Origin: a virus
Taxonomy: Duplodnaviria > Caudoviricetes
IMG/VR virus record: IMGVR_UViG_2890449678_000009
Coordinates: 14,840 to 78,839 of that record
Length of the DNA: 64,000 nt
Direction: 5' to 3' (one strand)
This document shows positions 9,360-18,449 of this stretch, in pieces. The notes beneath the pieces are model-generated. The model was given only the letters and a program-made list of their open reading frames with translations. It did not search any database and was not told where the DNA came from. Position numbers and translations under genes: made by a program. Position 1 is the first letter of the stretch; each line of letters begins with the position of its first letter.

Positions 9360-9463
9360 CTTACAACGGTCTCGGACAAAATTAACGGCACCAGTCCAAA
9401 CGGGATGAGAAGCGGCGGCCACCGCAACCCATCCCTTGCCATAACTGAAGATAGGTTTCAGAA

Positions 9464-10066
9464 ATGACCGATAGTCATCATAGCATTCTTGTACTTAGAG
9501 GAATAGGCATTAAGCAGGACGAAGGAGGGCGTTTTTGCCTTAACGACCTGCACCATGCTTCTGGTGGAAACCCTGCAAAACGTCCCGGTGTTTGGAGAGA
9601 GAATATTCAAACAAAGGAGCTTATTGCTGCTGTAACCGATGCAGGAATTCCTGCATCGCCTATTTCGATCAAGCGTGGGGGTGTTTTACAAGGCACCTAT
9701 GCTGTCCGTGAGTTAGTTTACGCCTATGCGATGTGGATCAGCCCGGCTTTTCATCTCGCCGTAATCCGCGCGTTTGATGCGTCGCAGCAGGAAAACGCGT
9801 CCCGGTCTATCCCTCAACAGGCCACACCCACCCCAGCACAGGCCCAACCGCCTATTCGTTTTCGCAGTATGGATAGTGCGTTTCGGCAGATGATGAAGGT
9901 GGCACTTCTTTGTGGGGTGCCGCGACGCGTGGCGATGGAACGCGCGGCTGAGGCGGTGAAGCGGCATTGGGGTGTAAACCCTCTGCACGCTATGGGACTG
10001 ACCGCTGAACCTTTGGCCGGTGATGGGCTTTTTGACCGTTTGGAGCGGGAGCGTGGCCATGAATGA
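9464..10066 (+). CDS. KilA-N domain antirepressor-like protein
   Basis: IKQDEGGRFCLNDLHHASG...QGTYAVRELVYAYAMWISPAFHLAVIRAFD. Confidence 0.92.
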   Translation: MTDSHHSILVLRGIGIKQDEGGRFCLNDLHHASGGNPAKRPGVWRENIQTKELIAAVTDAGIPASPISIKRGGVLQGTYAVRELVYAYAMWISPAFHLAVIRAFDASQQENASRSIPQQATPTPAQAQPPIRFRSMDSAFRQMMKVALLCGVPRRVAMERAAEAVKRHWGVNPLHAMGLTAEPLAGDGLFDRLERERGHE

Positions 10067-10244
10067 TCTATCCCTTTGTGAAGCGCGTGGGTTGGTGGCC
10101 TTTATGATTGATGGGCTGACCTGCCAGCATGAGTTGGAGCTTGGCGAAGACGCCGTTTTTGGCTTGAACCTGACCCTGCAAGCGGTGCATCGAACCTTGC
10201 AGCGCCTTGATGATGAGCAAGCAGCGGCGGCCTGTCGCTCTTAA
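10059..10244 (+). CDS. Small hypothetical protein
   Basis: GGAG RBS; overlaps the KilA-N stop; followed by a terminator. Confidence 0.55.
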   Translation: MNDLSLCEARGLVAFMIDGLTCQHELELGEDAVFGLNLTLQAVHRTLQRLDDEQAAAACRS

Positions 10245-10272
10245 CCGGCATTGTCCCTGACGTTATTTTTGG

Positions 10273-10310
10273 AAAGCACATCTCTTTTTTTGGGGGTGTG
10301 CTTTTCTTTT
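10273..10310 (+). terminator. Intrinsic terminator
   Basis: AAAGCACATCTC...GGGGTGTGCTTT followed by TCTTTT. Confidence 0.65.
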
Positions 10311-10372
10311 GTACTTTTGCCTCCAATCCCGCTATTATGGCTGTTCTTGGCGGGATAGATGAGGCTTTGGGC

Positions 10373-10759
10373 ATGACATCATTAGTGCCTGTTCCAGTTG
10401 AAATTCGGTTTTTAGCAGATGTTGTGGGCGAAGCGGTGACGTTTGCCTTTGTGGAAGCCCATGCGGGGCAGAAGCTGTGGGTACCGCGTGTGCGGGTGGA
10501 TACGTCTAACCTTGCGCGGTCTTGGGGGGTGGATGTGGCGCGCTGTTTGTCGGAGCATTTTGGGGGCGAAAAGTATCAAGTGCCAATGCTCAAAGCTTGG
10601 CGCGTGCGCCGGTTGGCCCTGATGGGGTATTCTTACAACGACATCGTTGTGCGGGTGGGTGTCAGCCACGCAACGCTTCATAATTTTCTATTCACGCTAC
10701 AAGATGCTGTGCGGGCGGCACGGATTGTGCCGGATGAGCGGCAGTTGAGTCTTTTTTAA
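10373..10759 (+). CDS. Mor/C-family late transcription activator
   Basis: LADVVGE....FVEAHAGQKLWVP ... LSEHFGGEKYQVP ... GYSYNDIVVRVGVSHAT (HTH); lies just before the lysis genes. Confidence 0.8.
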   Translation: MTSLVPVPVEIRFLADVVGEAVTFAFVEAHAGQKLWVPRVRVDTSNLARSWGVDVARCLSEHFGGEKYQVPMLKAWRVRRLALMGYSYNDIVVRVGVSHATLHNFLFTLQDAVRAARIVPDERQLSLF

Positions 10760-10803
10760 GGCGGTTCAAACGCTGTTTTTATCCCATTTGACGCGTGCAT
10801 ATG

Positions 10804-10827
10804 AGGGAGGCTTTAGCCTCCCTTTTT
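10804..10827 (+). terminator. Intrinsic terminator insulating the lysis promoter
   Basis: AGGGAGGC-TTTA-GCCTCCCT followed by TTTT. Confidence 0.85.
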
Positions 10828-10830
10828 GCA

Positions 10831-10888
10831 TTTCGGGGTGTAGGGCTGAGTCCTGATAGTGCGGCCGGTTCTTCCGTAGGGTGAGCCT
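10831..10888 (+). promoter_or_regulatory. Mu-like late promoter copy 1 (Plys-like)
   Basis: TTTCGGGGTGTAGGGCTGAGTCCTGATA with -10-like TAGGGT 46 nt after the motif start; motif repeated at 19110 and 31920. Confidence 0.78.
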
Positions 10889-11599
10889 ATGAAACAGAAC
10901 CTGCCTGCAACCCTCGCTTTTACCCTCTCTTATGAAGGGGGATATTCTGCCAACCGCGCTGACCCCGGCAATTGGACGGGTGGACGCGTGGGGTCTGGGC
11001 GATTGGCTGGGACGAAATACGGCATCTCAGCCCCTTTGGTGGCCCGCACCGGTGGGCTTTCTGTGGATGCGCAGAAGATGCGGCTGCTGTCCGAAGACGA
11101 TTTTCGCGCCCTAGCGGTGCGCTATTTCTGGGAACCGATGGGCTGTGACCGTCTGCCCTCTGGGCTTGATCTGATGGTGTTTGACCACGGCTTTAACGCG
11201 GGCGCCAAAACCTCCATCCATCTGCTGCAAACGATTGTAGGCGTGGAGCGTGACGGTGTGATTGGTCCACAGACGTTGGACGCGATTGAGACGGCCAAGC
11301 TTGGCTTTGTGGCGCATTTTGCCTCCCAAGCCACGCTTTCTGCCCTGCAAAAAGAGATGGGCATTCCCCAAACTGGCATGGTGGATCAGACGACCATCAC
11401 GATGCTGGAAAAGCACGGGAAGCGCCTTGAGCTGCTGTGCCACGCGTTGAGTGCGCTTCAGCTAGGGGATTATCGGTCGAAGAAAGAATTCGCCATTTTT
11501 GGGAACGGTTGGTTGGAACGGGCGCGCGCCCGACGGGATCGGGCCTTGGCGTTTGTAGGTGCCACGCCTGTGACGGCATCGTCTGCCCCGACTTCCTGA
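10889..11599 (+). CDS. Endolysin, glycosyl hydrolase 108 with peptidoglycan-binding domain
   Basis: EGGYS....DPG..T..TKYGIS, FDHGFNAG, DGVIGPQT, FGNGWLER. Confidence 0.92.
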   Translation: MKQNLPATLAFTLSYEGGYSANRADPGNWTGGRVGSGRLAGTKYGISAPLVARTGGLSVDAQKMRLLSEDDFRALAVRYFWEPMGCDRLPSGLDLMVFDHGFNAGAKTSIHLLQTIVGVERDGVIGPQTLDAIETAKLGFVAHFASQATLSALQKEMGIPQTGMVDQTTITMLEKHGKRLELLCHALSALQLGDYRSKKEFAIFGNGWLERARARRDRALAFVGATPVTASSAPTS

Positions 11600-11680
11600 C
11601 AGGTTCTGCTGCTTTTCGGTCTGTCGGGCGCGGCGGGCTGTATTCTTTGAGGCGCCGACGCAGCGCAATGGAGACAGGTT

Positions 11681-12073
11681 ATGTCACTCAAGACCGTTCT
11701 TTTAAGTTCCGCTCCTTACCTTTCCCGCGTTTTAGAGCCTGTATTGGGTGGTGCGTTGCATAAATACGGGCAGGTTGCCACGACGGCGGTGCGCTCGGCC
11801 ATTACCAAGACCGACAATGGGCTTGAAGAGCTTGTCGCGGTGTATCGCCGCTATGACGCCTCCCATCCTTTGGTTCAGACCGCTATCGCTGAAGCGCAGT
11901 CGCTTATCCAGCTGGCAGGGCTTGAAGCCCCCGATGCTGAAGGGCTGGCGACCCATATTCGTGCGGCGATCCATGATCTGGCTTCGGCCTTTGTGCCCCT
12001 TGATGGAACCAAGGCGGCCTCTGAAACGTCCTCACAGACCGTGCCCTCAGCACTTGGGCAGCCGGTGGCTTAA
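11681..12073 (+). CDS. Hypothetical lysis-cassette protein
   Basis: GGAG RBS; position in the operon. Confidence 0.65.
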   Translation: MSLKTVLLSSAPYLSRVLEPVLGGALHKYGQVATTAVRSAITKTDNGLEELVAVYRRYDASHPLVQTAIAEAQSLIQLAGLEAPDAEGLATHIRAAIHDLASAFVPLDGTKAASETSSQTVPSALGQPVA

Positions 12074-12270
12074 TGACGCTTGAGTGGGTGGAGCTTGTTG
12101 GTGCAGCGATTGCGGGTGGAAGCCTTGTATTTGGCCTGCTGGTTGTCCCTGCGCTGTGCTGGCTCCACCAGCTCTCATTACAAATGAAAGCGCAGGCACA
12201 CGAGATGGAACATTTGCGCAAGACCTTAGACGCGATCACGCGGATTATGATGGAGGCTGGCCATGAATGA
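12073..12270 (+). CDS. Small membrane protein (holin/antiholin candidate)
   Basis: N-terminal TM segment then coiled coil; coupled genes. Confidence 0.55.
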   Translation: MTLEWVELVGAAIAGGSLVFGLLVVPALCWLHQLSLQMKAQAHEMEHLRKTLDAITRIMMEAGHE

Positions 12271-12406
12271 GTCCCTCAAAAGCCTGCGCCTTTGTCTGAT
12301 TGTCGGGATTGTTGCCCTGAGTATTGGGCTGTTTATCGGCGTGCGTGTGGGAGCCATTGGCGCTTTTCATCATTGCATTGCTGCCACTATGGGAGGTGGG
12401 CTGTGA
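12263..12406 (+). CDS. 47-aa membrane peptide (not in the ORF track)
   Basis: GGAGG RBS; MNESLKSLRLCLIVGIVALSIGLFIGVRVGAIGAFHHCIAATMGGGL; stop overlaps the next GTG. Confidence 0.6.
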   Translation: MNESLKSLRLCLIVGIVALSIGLFIGVRVGAIGAFHHCIAATMGGGL

Positions 12407-12711
12407 GTTTGCCCCGCAAAATTGCTGAGGAACGCCGCTGGCGCGTGCTGGATTTTTTAGAAATGGCACCGGGGCATTCGCTCAATGACGAGATACTGCG
12501 CACGATGTTTCGTGAAGCGGGCTTTCCGATTGATGTGACATCGTTGGATGATGATCTGGGCCATTTGGAGCGCCATCATTGTGTGATGCTCACCCGCTAT
12601 GTGCTGGACCGTGGGCGCTACCTCACCGTGGTTAAGCTAACGATTGAGGGCCAGCAGACATGGCAGTGCGAGCGGCGTGTGCCGGGCGTGGTGGCGCGGA
12701 GGCCGCTTTAA
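12403..12711 (+). CDS. Mu gp26-like winged-helix protein
   Basis: EERRWRVLDFLEMAPGHSLNDEIL...LT.EGQ......RRVPGVVARRP; GGAGG RBS before GTG. Confidence 0.75.
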   Translation: MSLPRKIAEERRWRVLDFLEMAPGHSLNDEILRTMFREAGFPIDVTSLDDDLGHLERHHCVMLTRYVLDRGRYLTVVKLTIEGQQTWQCERRVPGVVARRPL

Positions 12712-13259
12712 TGGCTCGGCGCTCTAAGATCAGCCGTCTGCCGCCTGAGCTAAAACGTCGGATTGGGGAGCTGTGGGATGCTGGGGCTACGCTGGACCAA
12801 GTTATGGAAGCGTTGCGCGGCGTGGATGTTAGCCGTTCGTCTTTGGGCCGACACATCCAACAGCGCGACAAAATGGTCGAGCGTTTACGCCGCTCACGCG
12901 CGGTTGCAGATAGTGTCGTCCAAAATTTGGGCGATAAAAGTCCGGGGGAAACGCAAGCGGTCGTGATCGAGAGTTTGTTCTCTATCATTTTCGATATGTT
13001 TGGCGGAGACAATGCGGAAGACGCTGCAACGAGTTTACAAAATAACCCCAAGTCTATGTCCATGTTGGCAGGAGCCATCCGCTCTCTCGCGCAAGCCCGC
13101 CAGTTGGATGTGACCGTGCGCACTGAGCTTGAAGACAAAGCCCGCCAAAAGGCCGAGCGTGACGCTAAAAATGCGCTGACAAAAGCAGCCAAGCAGCAAG
13201 GGCTCTCTAAAGAAACGGTCAACGCCATTATGGGCGGCGCGTTTGGGGTGAGGTCATGA
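12711..13259 (+). CDS. Mu gp27-like small terminase (DUF3486)
   Basis: MARRSKISRLPPEL...VSRSSLGRH ... GLSKETVNAI....FG. Confidence 0.85.
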   Translation: MARRSKISRLPPELKRRIGELWDAGATLDQVMEALRGVDVSRSSLGRHIQQRDKMVERLRRSRAVADSVVQNLGDKSPGETQAVVIESLFSIIFDMFGGDNAEDAATSLQNNPKSMSMLAGAIRSLAQARQLDVTVRTELEDKARQKAERDAKNALTKAAKQQGLSKETVNAIMGGAFGVRS

Positions 13260-14812
13260 CCAAGTCTGTTTTCCTGCCCTATCAGGCCGCCTTGATGGAA
13301 GCTGTGCGTACCCACCAAGTCACCGTCATTGAAAAGTCCCGCCGCACGGGGATTTCATGGGCTGCGTCTTTTATTGCCGACCTGACCGCTGCCCTCGCCC
13401 AAAAGGATGGGGGCACTGACGTTTTCTATATTGGCTACAACTTGGAAATGGCGCGCGAGTTTATCGACTATTGCGCCGACCATGCCAAGATCATGCAGCA
13501 AGCAACGCATAGGGTCAGTGAGTCCTTCTGGAATGATCCCGATAAAGAAGAGAAGGACATTAAGGTCTTTCGCATTGACTTTGGCAGCGGGAACAAGGTG
13601 CTGGCCTTGCCGTCTCGCCCGCGTGCGCTGCGTGGGATGCAGGGGTTGGTCATTATTGATGAAGCGGCCTTCCACGACAATCTCGACGAGCTGCTGAAAG
13701 CCGCACTCGCTCTGCTGATGTGGGGCGGCAAGGTGCTGATTATCTCCACCCATAATGGGGATATGAACCCGTTTAATACGTTGGTGAATGAGGTGCGGTC
13801 TGGCCGCAAGCCGTATCATCTGATGCGCCTGACGCTTGATGATGCGCTTCATGATGGGCTGTATCGTAAAATCTGCGACAAAAAGGGCGAGGCTTGGTCG
13901 CTTGAGGGCGAACGCGCATGGCGTGACGCGATTTTCGCCAATTACGGTGAGGCCGCTGCTGAAGAGTTGGACTGCATTCCCTCGTCAGGCACAGGCGCTT
14001 ATCTGCCGCTGGCTTTGATTGAGGCCCGCACGGAAGCGGACGTGCCTGTTGTGCGCTGGGGCTGTGACAGTGGTTTTGTGCTGCTGTCCGAAAAGCTGCG
14101 CATGGCAGAAACAGACTTCTTTATCAGCGAACAGTTAGCGCCCCTCCTTGCGGCGATGGACCGTAAGACACCGCATGTTTTCGGGGTGGATTTTGGACGG
14201 TCAGGCGATTTGACCGTGATCTGGATGCTTGCCCTAGAAGAGCGGTTGCAACGGCGAACGGCTTTTGTGGTGGAGCTGCGCAATGTGCCTTTTGAGCAGC
14301 AGAAGCAGATTTTGCACCATATTCTCGAGGCCACGCCTTTCCTGCGGGCCGGTGCGCTGGATGGGCGGGGCAATGGGCAATATCTGGCTGAAGTGACCGT
14401 GCAGAAATTCGGCAGTCGGATTGAGGCCGTGATGCTCTCTGAAGGCTGGTATCGGGAAAATATGCCCCCGCTTAAAGCTGGCTTTGAGGATGGGATCATC
14501 ACCCTACCCCAAGACCGCGAGATTGTGGACGATCTGCGTGCCCTTACCCTCGTGCGTGGAGTGGCGCGTGTGCCGGAAGGACGCACCACAGGCAGCACCG
14601 GCAAGCGCCATGGCGACGCAGGGATTGCGCTAGCCCTCGCATGGAAAGCCAGCCGTGCCACGCCCTTTGACTATGGCTATACACCCGTGCCTTCGCCGTG
14701 GAAGCGCCATGAAGGCGCGGGCCACATTGAAACAGCCCAAGAGCAGGAAGAGCGCGACCGGATGGGCGCGGCTTCTGATGTTTTTGGTGTGATTGGGAAG
14801 GTGATTTTCTAA
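13256..14812 (+). CDS. Terminase large subunit (Mu gp28-like)
   Basis: LPYQ, EKSRRTGISW, VIIDEAAFH, IISTHNG, GVDFGRSGDL, HGD. Confidence 0.95.
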   Translation: MTKSVFLPYQAALMEAVRTHQVTVIEKSRRTGISWAASFIADLTAALAQKDGGTDVFYIGYNLEMAREFIDYCADHAKIMQQATHRVSESFWNDPDKEEKDIKVFRIDFGSGNKVLALPSRPRALRGMQGLVIIDEAAFHDNLDELLKAALALLMWGGKVLIISTHNGDMNPFNTLVNEVRSGRKPYHLMRLTLDDALHDGLYRKICDKKGEAWSLEGERAWRDAIFANYGEAAAEELDCIPSSGTGAYLPLALIEARTEADVPVVRWGCDSGFVLLSEKLRMAETDFFISEQLAPLLAAMDRKTPHVFGVDFGRSGDLTVIWMLALEERLQRRTAFVVELRNVPFEQQKQILHHILEATPFLRAGALDGRGNGQYLAEVTVQKFGSRIEAVMLSEGWYRENMPPLKAGFEDGIITLPQDREIVDDLRALTLVRGVARVPEGRTTGSTGKRHGDAGIALALAWKASRATPFDYGYTPVPSPWKRHEGAGHIETAQEQEERDRMGAASDVFGVIGKVIF

Positions 14813-15039
14813 TGAACGTCAAAGCGATTTGTGCGGTGATTTTGGCCGCTTTGTTTGTCGGCATGGCGGCGACCATTCTGCGCCTGACATGGAAAGCCTC
14901 TAAGGAAAAGACCGCCCAGCAGCAGCGCAATGATGCGCGGTCGGTTACTGCGTTACAGGCCGAGGCCAGCCAAGCGGCGACGGACGCTTGCAACACCGAT
15001 AGTCAGCTGGATGAGGAACTCACTAATGGCACATTTTAA
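14812..15039 (+). CDS. Putative i-spanin (Rz-like)
   Basis: N-terminal TM plus helical tail ending GTF; homologous to 63543-63776. Confidence 0.6.
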   Translation: MNVKAICAVILAALFVGMAATILRLTWKASKEKTAQQQRNDARSVTALQAEASQAATDACNTDSQLDEELTNGTF

Positions 15040-15379
15040 GAGCATGGAAAGCTGGCACGGCCCGTCTTTAAGAGAGCGCCTACGCCAAGCTGTGCGGACT
15101 ATGCGAGCTATCGCCAACCGATTGGCCGCTGCTGCGCGCCGGATGATGCGATGGACATTTGTCTCTGCGAGCATGGCGGGGCTGGCGGCGTGCGCCACTC
15201 CTGACGTCAAAGGGCTGTGCCCGTCTTATGTCCATTATCAGAAATATGATGACCAGTTTGTGCGCAATGAGCTACGCGTTGCGGGTGTGACGGGCCAGAG
15301 CTTGCCGATGACGCATCGCTTTCTCCGCGATTATGGCAAGCAGCGCGCCGCTTTGCGGGTGATCTGCAAGGGGAATTAA
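15026..15379 (+). CDS. Putative o-spanin lipoprotein (start could be 15143)
   Basis: Lipobox LAAC; LCP..VHY...RDYG..R...R..C shared with 63776-64000. Confidence 0.6.
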   Translation: MAHFKSMESWHGPSLRERLRQAVRTMRAIANRLAAAARRMMRWTFVSASMAGLAACATPDVKGLCPSYVHYQKYDDQFVRNELRVAGVTGQSLPMTHRFLRDYGKQRAALRVICKGN

Positions 15380-15381
15380 TC

Positions 15382-17085
15382 ATGGCGCTTCTCGATCAAC
15401 ATGGGCAGCCTTTGCCGCCCCGCCCACAAAAGCCCGATATGGGTGCGTCTGTCATTGGCAGTCGCCCCGCCCTTGCTGACCCGATTGCCACCCTTGGCCT
15501 CGACCCGGCCCAACTTGGTATGCTTATGCGCTCCGCCGCAGAGGGCAATAGCCGGGACTGGCAGGTCTTTTGTGAGATGATTGAGGAGCGCGACCTTCAT
15601 TATCTCGGCGTGTTGGGCACCCGCAAGCGGGCGGTGAGCCAGCTGCCCATGGTGGTGGAAGACGCCGGGCCGTCACGCGCGCAGCGCAAGCAGGGCGACT
15701 TTGTGCGCCAATGGTTAGATAAAGGCATTTTGCAGCGCTCGGCTTTTGATGTCTTAGACGCGATTGCTAAGGGCTTCTCGGTTCATGAGATTTTCTGGCA
15801 CACAGAGGCCGGTAATTATTGGCCGGAACGCTTAGTCTATCGCCCGCAGCGCTGGTTTGAAGTCTCTTACCAAGACGGCGAAACCATCTGGCTGCGTGAC
15901 GACGCAAGCCAGTCCACGCCCGATATTGAGGGCGCTGTGGCTGAGGCAACCATGCGCCCGCTTGACCCGATGCGGGCGTTGGTTCATCGCCATCCGTCAT
16001 GGTCGGGCCTGACCCTACGCTCTGGCCTGACACGGGCGGTGGCGTTTAATTCACTGTTCAAACTCTTTTCAAACCGTGATTGGGGCCTGTTTGTGCAGGC
16101 TTACGGGGTTCCCACTCGCATTGGGAAATTTGACGCTTCCGCAACCGAGAATGACCGGCAGACCCTTTGGCAGGCAGTGCGCGATATAACGGGAGCTGGA
16201 GCCTGCATGATCCCCGCTCAGATGCAGCTGGAGATCATCGAGCCCAAAAATGGCGCGGGGTCTAATGACACCCATGAGCGGCGCATTAAATGGCTCGATG
16301 AACAGACCTCCAAAGCGGTGCTCGGCCAAACAGGCACGACGGATGCCCGCCAAGGCACTCATGCCGCAGCCTCTACCCATCGGCTGGTGCAGGAAGATAT
16401 TGAGCGCTCTGATGCGATGATGTTGGCCCATACGGTCAACACGCAGCTGGTGCGGCTGATGATTGACGCCAGTTTCGGCCCGCCTGCCGATGGACTTTAC
16501 CCAACCATCACCATTGGCCGCCCTGATGAAGTGCCTGTTGAAACGCTGATTGATGCGGCGCAGAAACTCGGGCCACAGGGCTTTAAGGTGGCGGCCCCAG
16601 ACCTGTATGCGCGCCTCAACCTTGAGCCCCCCGCTGAGGGTGATGAGACAGTCGGTATTGCCGTGCCGCCGCAACCGGCGCTGCCTGCCAAAGTGACTCC
16701 ACCGCAGCAGCAAAACGGCCAAGCCACGCCGTCGCATTTCCCAACCCCGACCAGCCATGATGAGGAGCCGCAGGAAGCCCCACCAACTAAGACGACCCTC
16801 CATAGTGCAGTCGGGCAGTTGGTCAATCGCTACGCCTCTCAGTCGCCGCAGATCATTGCAGCCTTGACCGATAACCTCGCCCGTGAGGCCAGTGCTGGCT
16901 TGGGGGCGATGACAGAAGCGGTGCGCGCTGAAATGGAGCACGCCACGTCCCTTGAGGATTTGAAGGACCGTCTGGAAAAGCTCAATCTGCCCGATGACCA
17001 ATTTGCAACGGCTATGGCCCAAGCCATGCAATTAAGCGAGCTTGCTGGGGAAGCGGCCATGCTTGACGAGATGCGCCGTGGCTGA
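15382..17085 (+). CDS. Portal protein (Mu gp29, DUF935)
   Basis: EMIEERD.HY...L.TRKRAV, LDAIAKGFS..EI.W, DW..F...YG.P.RIGK, SKAVLGQT.TT. Confidence 0.95.
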   Translation: MALLDQHGQPLPPRPQKPDMGASVIGSRPALADPIATLGLDPAQLGMLMRSAAEGNSRDWQVFCEMIEERDLHYLGVLGTRKRAVSQLPMVVEDAGPSRAQRKQGDFVRQWLDKGILQRSAFDVLDAIAKGFSVHEIFWHTEAGNYWPERLVYRPQRWFEVSYQDGETIWLRDDASQSTPDIEGAVAEATMRPLDPMRALVHRHPSWSGLTLRSGLTRAVAFNSLFKLFSNRDWGLFVQAYGVPTRIGKFDASATENDRQTLWQAVRDITGAGACMIPAQMQLEIIEPKNGAGSNDTHERRIKWLDEQTSKAVLGQTGTTDARQGTHAAASTHRLVQEDIERSDAMMLAHTVNTQLVRLMIDASFGPPADGLYPTITIGRPDEVPVETLIDAAQKLGPQGFKVAAPDLYARLNLEPPAEGDETVGIAVPPQPALPAKVTPPQQQNGQATPSHFPTPTSHDEEPQEAPPTKTTLHSAVGQLVNRYASQSPQIIAALTDNLAREASAGLGAMTEAVRAEMEHATSLEDLKDRLEKLNLPDDQFATAMAQAMQLSELAGEAAMLDEMRRG

Positions 17086-18280
17086 GGAAGGCCCTATCCT
17101 CTCGCATGTGAAGCTCTCACCCAGTGAGGCGATCAGCTATTTTCGCCAGAAGGTCAATGTGCCGACTGAGCGTTGGGGGGAGCTGAGCTCAGAAGCACAT
17201 GCGCGTGGGTTTGCCGTAGCGGGGGCCACAAGTGACGCGTTGCTGAATGATTTCCGCACCGCTATTGGGCGGGCGCTCAGTGATGGCACAACCCTTCAAG
17301 AGTTCCGAAAGTCTTTTGACTCCATTGTTAAAAAACATGGCTGGGAACATACGGGCACGCCAGGATGGCGGGCGAAGATCATCTATGAGACCAATATCGC
17401 CTCGGCCTATTCAGCGGGGCGTTATCGGCAGATGACCACGCCGACCGCGTTGGAGCTGTATCCATACTGGCGGTATGTCCATCACAGCTGTGCCCATCCA
17501 CGCCCCACCCATGTGGCGTGGAGCGGAACGGTGTTGCGCAATGATGACCCGTGGTGGGGCACGCATTACCCGCCCAATGGCTGGCATTGCCATTGTTCGG
17601 TTGAAGTTGTGTCCGATGCGCGGATGGAGCGAAACGGTTGGAGCGTGGACGAAGCCCCGCCGCTAGAGAGGAAACCGTGGCGCAACCCGGCTACCGGCAA
17701 GATTGAGATGGTGCCTAAAGGGATTGATCCGGGCTTCCAGAGCAATCAGGGCTTGGAATGGGCAAAAGCTGAGAAAGCGCGTGCGTCCTCGTCCATGACA
17801 CCGCTGACCCATGTAGGCGGCCTGCAGGTTGAGCAGCTCCCAGCCCCTGCGCGGATGAAGGTGCAAAAAGAGCAGATTGCCCAGTTCGCGTCCATGAAAC
17901 CGCAGCCTGTGGGTATGGTTGAAGCGGGCACCTTGCCACCCAAGGTGCAGGAGCTGTTGGGGAGCCAGACTGCGCAGGTCTTGTTGTCTGCCGAAACATT
18001 GATGAAAAACCAGACCCACCATCCTGAGCTGACGCCAGACGAGTATGCGCAGCTTGCGGCTCTGTTGGCTGATCCTGATTATGTTTTGGAAGAGAAGCAG
18101 GAGGGACGTGTCAGCCTAGTCGCTCAGCATGACAGTATTTATCGCTTCATTGTGAAGAGGACACGAGATGGAAAAGAAAACTTCATACTGTCCATGACCC
18201 GCATGAGACAGCGACCTGCTGATCAGCTCGTAAGAAACCGGACGGTGCTCTTTGCAAAGCAGAAGAATGAAGGAGAATGA
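17078..18280 (+). CDS. MuF minor head protein with C-terminal PBECR2-like nuclease domain
   Basis: EAISYFRQK, IYETN...AYSAGR, HYPPNGWHCHCSV; C-terminal V.LS.ETL.K...HHPELT..EY..L...L..P...VKRTRDG.E.FILS. Confidence 0.88.
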   Translation: MAEEGPILSHVKLSPSEAISYFRQKVNVPTERWGELSSEAHARGFAVAGATSDALLNDFRTAIGRALSDGTTLQEFRKSFDSIVKKHGWEHTGTPGWRAKIIYETNIASAYSAGRYRQMTTPTALELYPYWRYVHHSCAHPRPTHVAWSGTVLRNDDPWWGTHYPPNGWHCHCSVEVVSDARMERNGWSVDEAPPLERKPWRNPATGKIEMVPKGIDPGFQSNQGLEWAKAEKARASSSMTPLTHVGGLQVEQLPAPARMKVQKEQIAQFASMKPQPVGMVEAGTLPPKVQELLGSQTAQVLLSAETLMKNQTHHPELTPDEYAQLAALLADPDYVLEEKQEGRVSLVAQHDSIYRFIVKRTRDGKENFILSMTRMRQRPADQLVRNRTVLFAKQKNEGE

Positions 18281-18383
18281 AGCAACGCACGGGTGGGGCC
18301 TGCTATCTAACCCCACAATAGTGCTCTACCCATGCGGGCATGCCCTGGTCAGCAGAATATCGCCAGATCACCGTGCGTTGCTC
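18281..18383 (-). ncRNA. Candidate antisense structured RNA downstream of MuF-PBECR
   Basis: Perfect 12-bp closing stem (18281-92/18371-82), three internal hairpins, CTGCT/AGCAG loop-loop pairing and an antisense promoter. Confidence 0.6.
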
Positions 18384-18388
18384 CCTCT

Positions 18389-18417
18389 AAAATAGGATGA
18401 ACGTCGGCAGCGATCAA
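18389..18417 (-). promoter_or_regulatory. Antisense sigma70-type promoter for the structured RNA
   Basis: Minus strand TTGATC-17 nt-TATTTT; predicted +1 at about 18382-18383, the end of the closing stem. Confidence 0.6.
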
Positions 18418-18449
18418 GACAAATCATGAAGCAGCGATAGGATAACGTC

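Noticed and set aside
18281-18382. True tRNA, or a simple terminator
   Set aside because: It lacks the TTC T-loop, a 7-nt anticodon loop and CCA. It is multi-branched with no U tract on the plus strand, so it is kept only as a candidate structured ncRNA.
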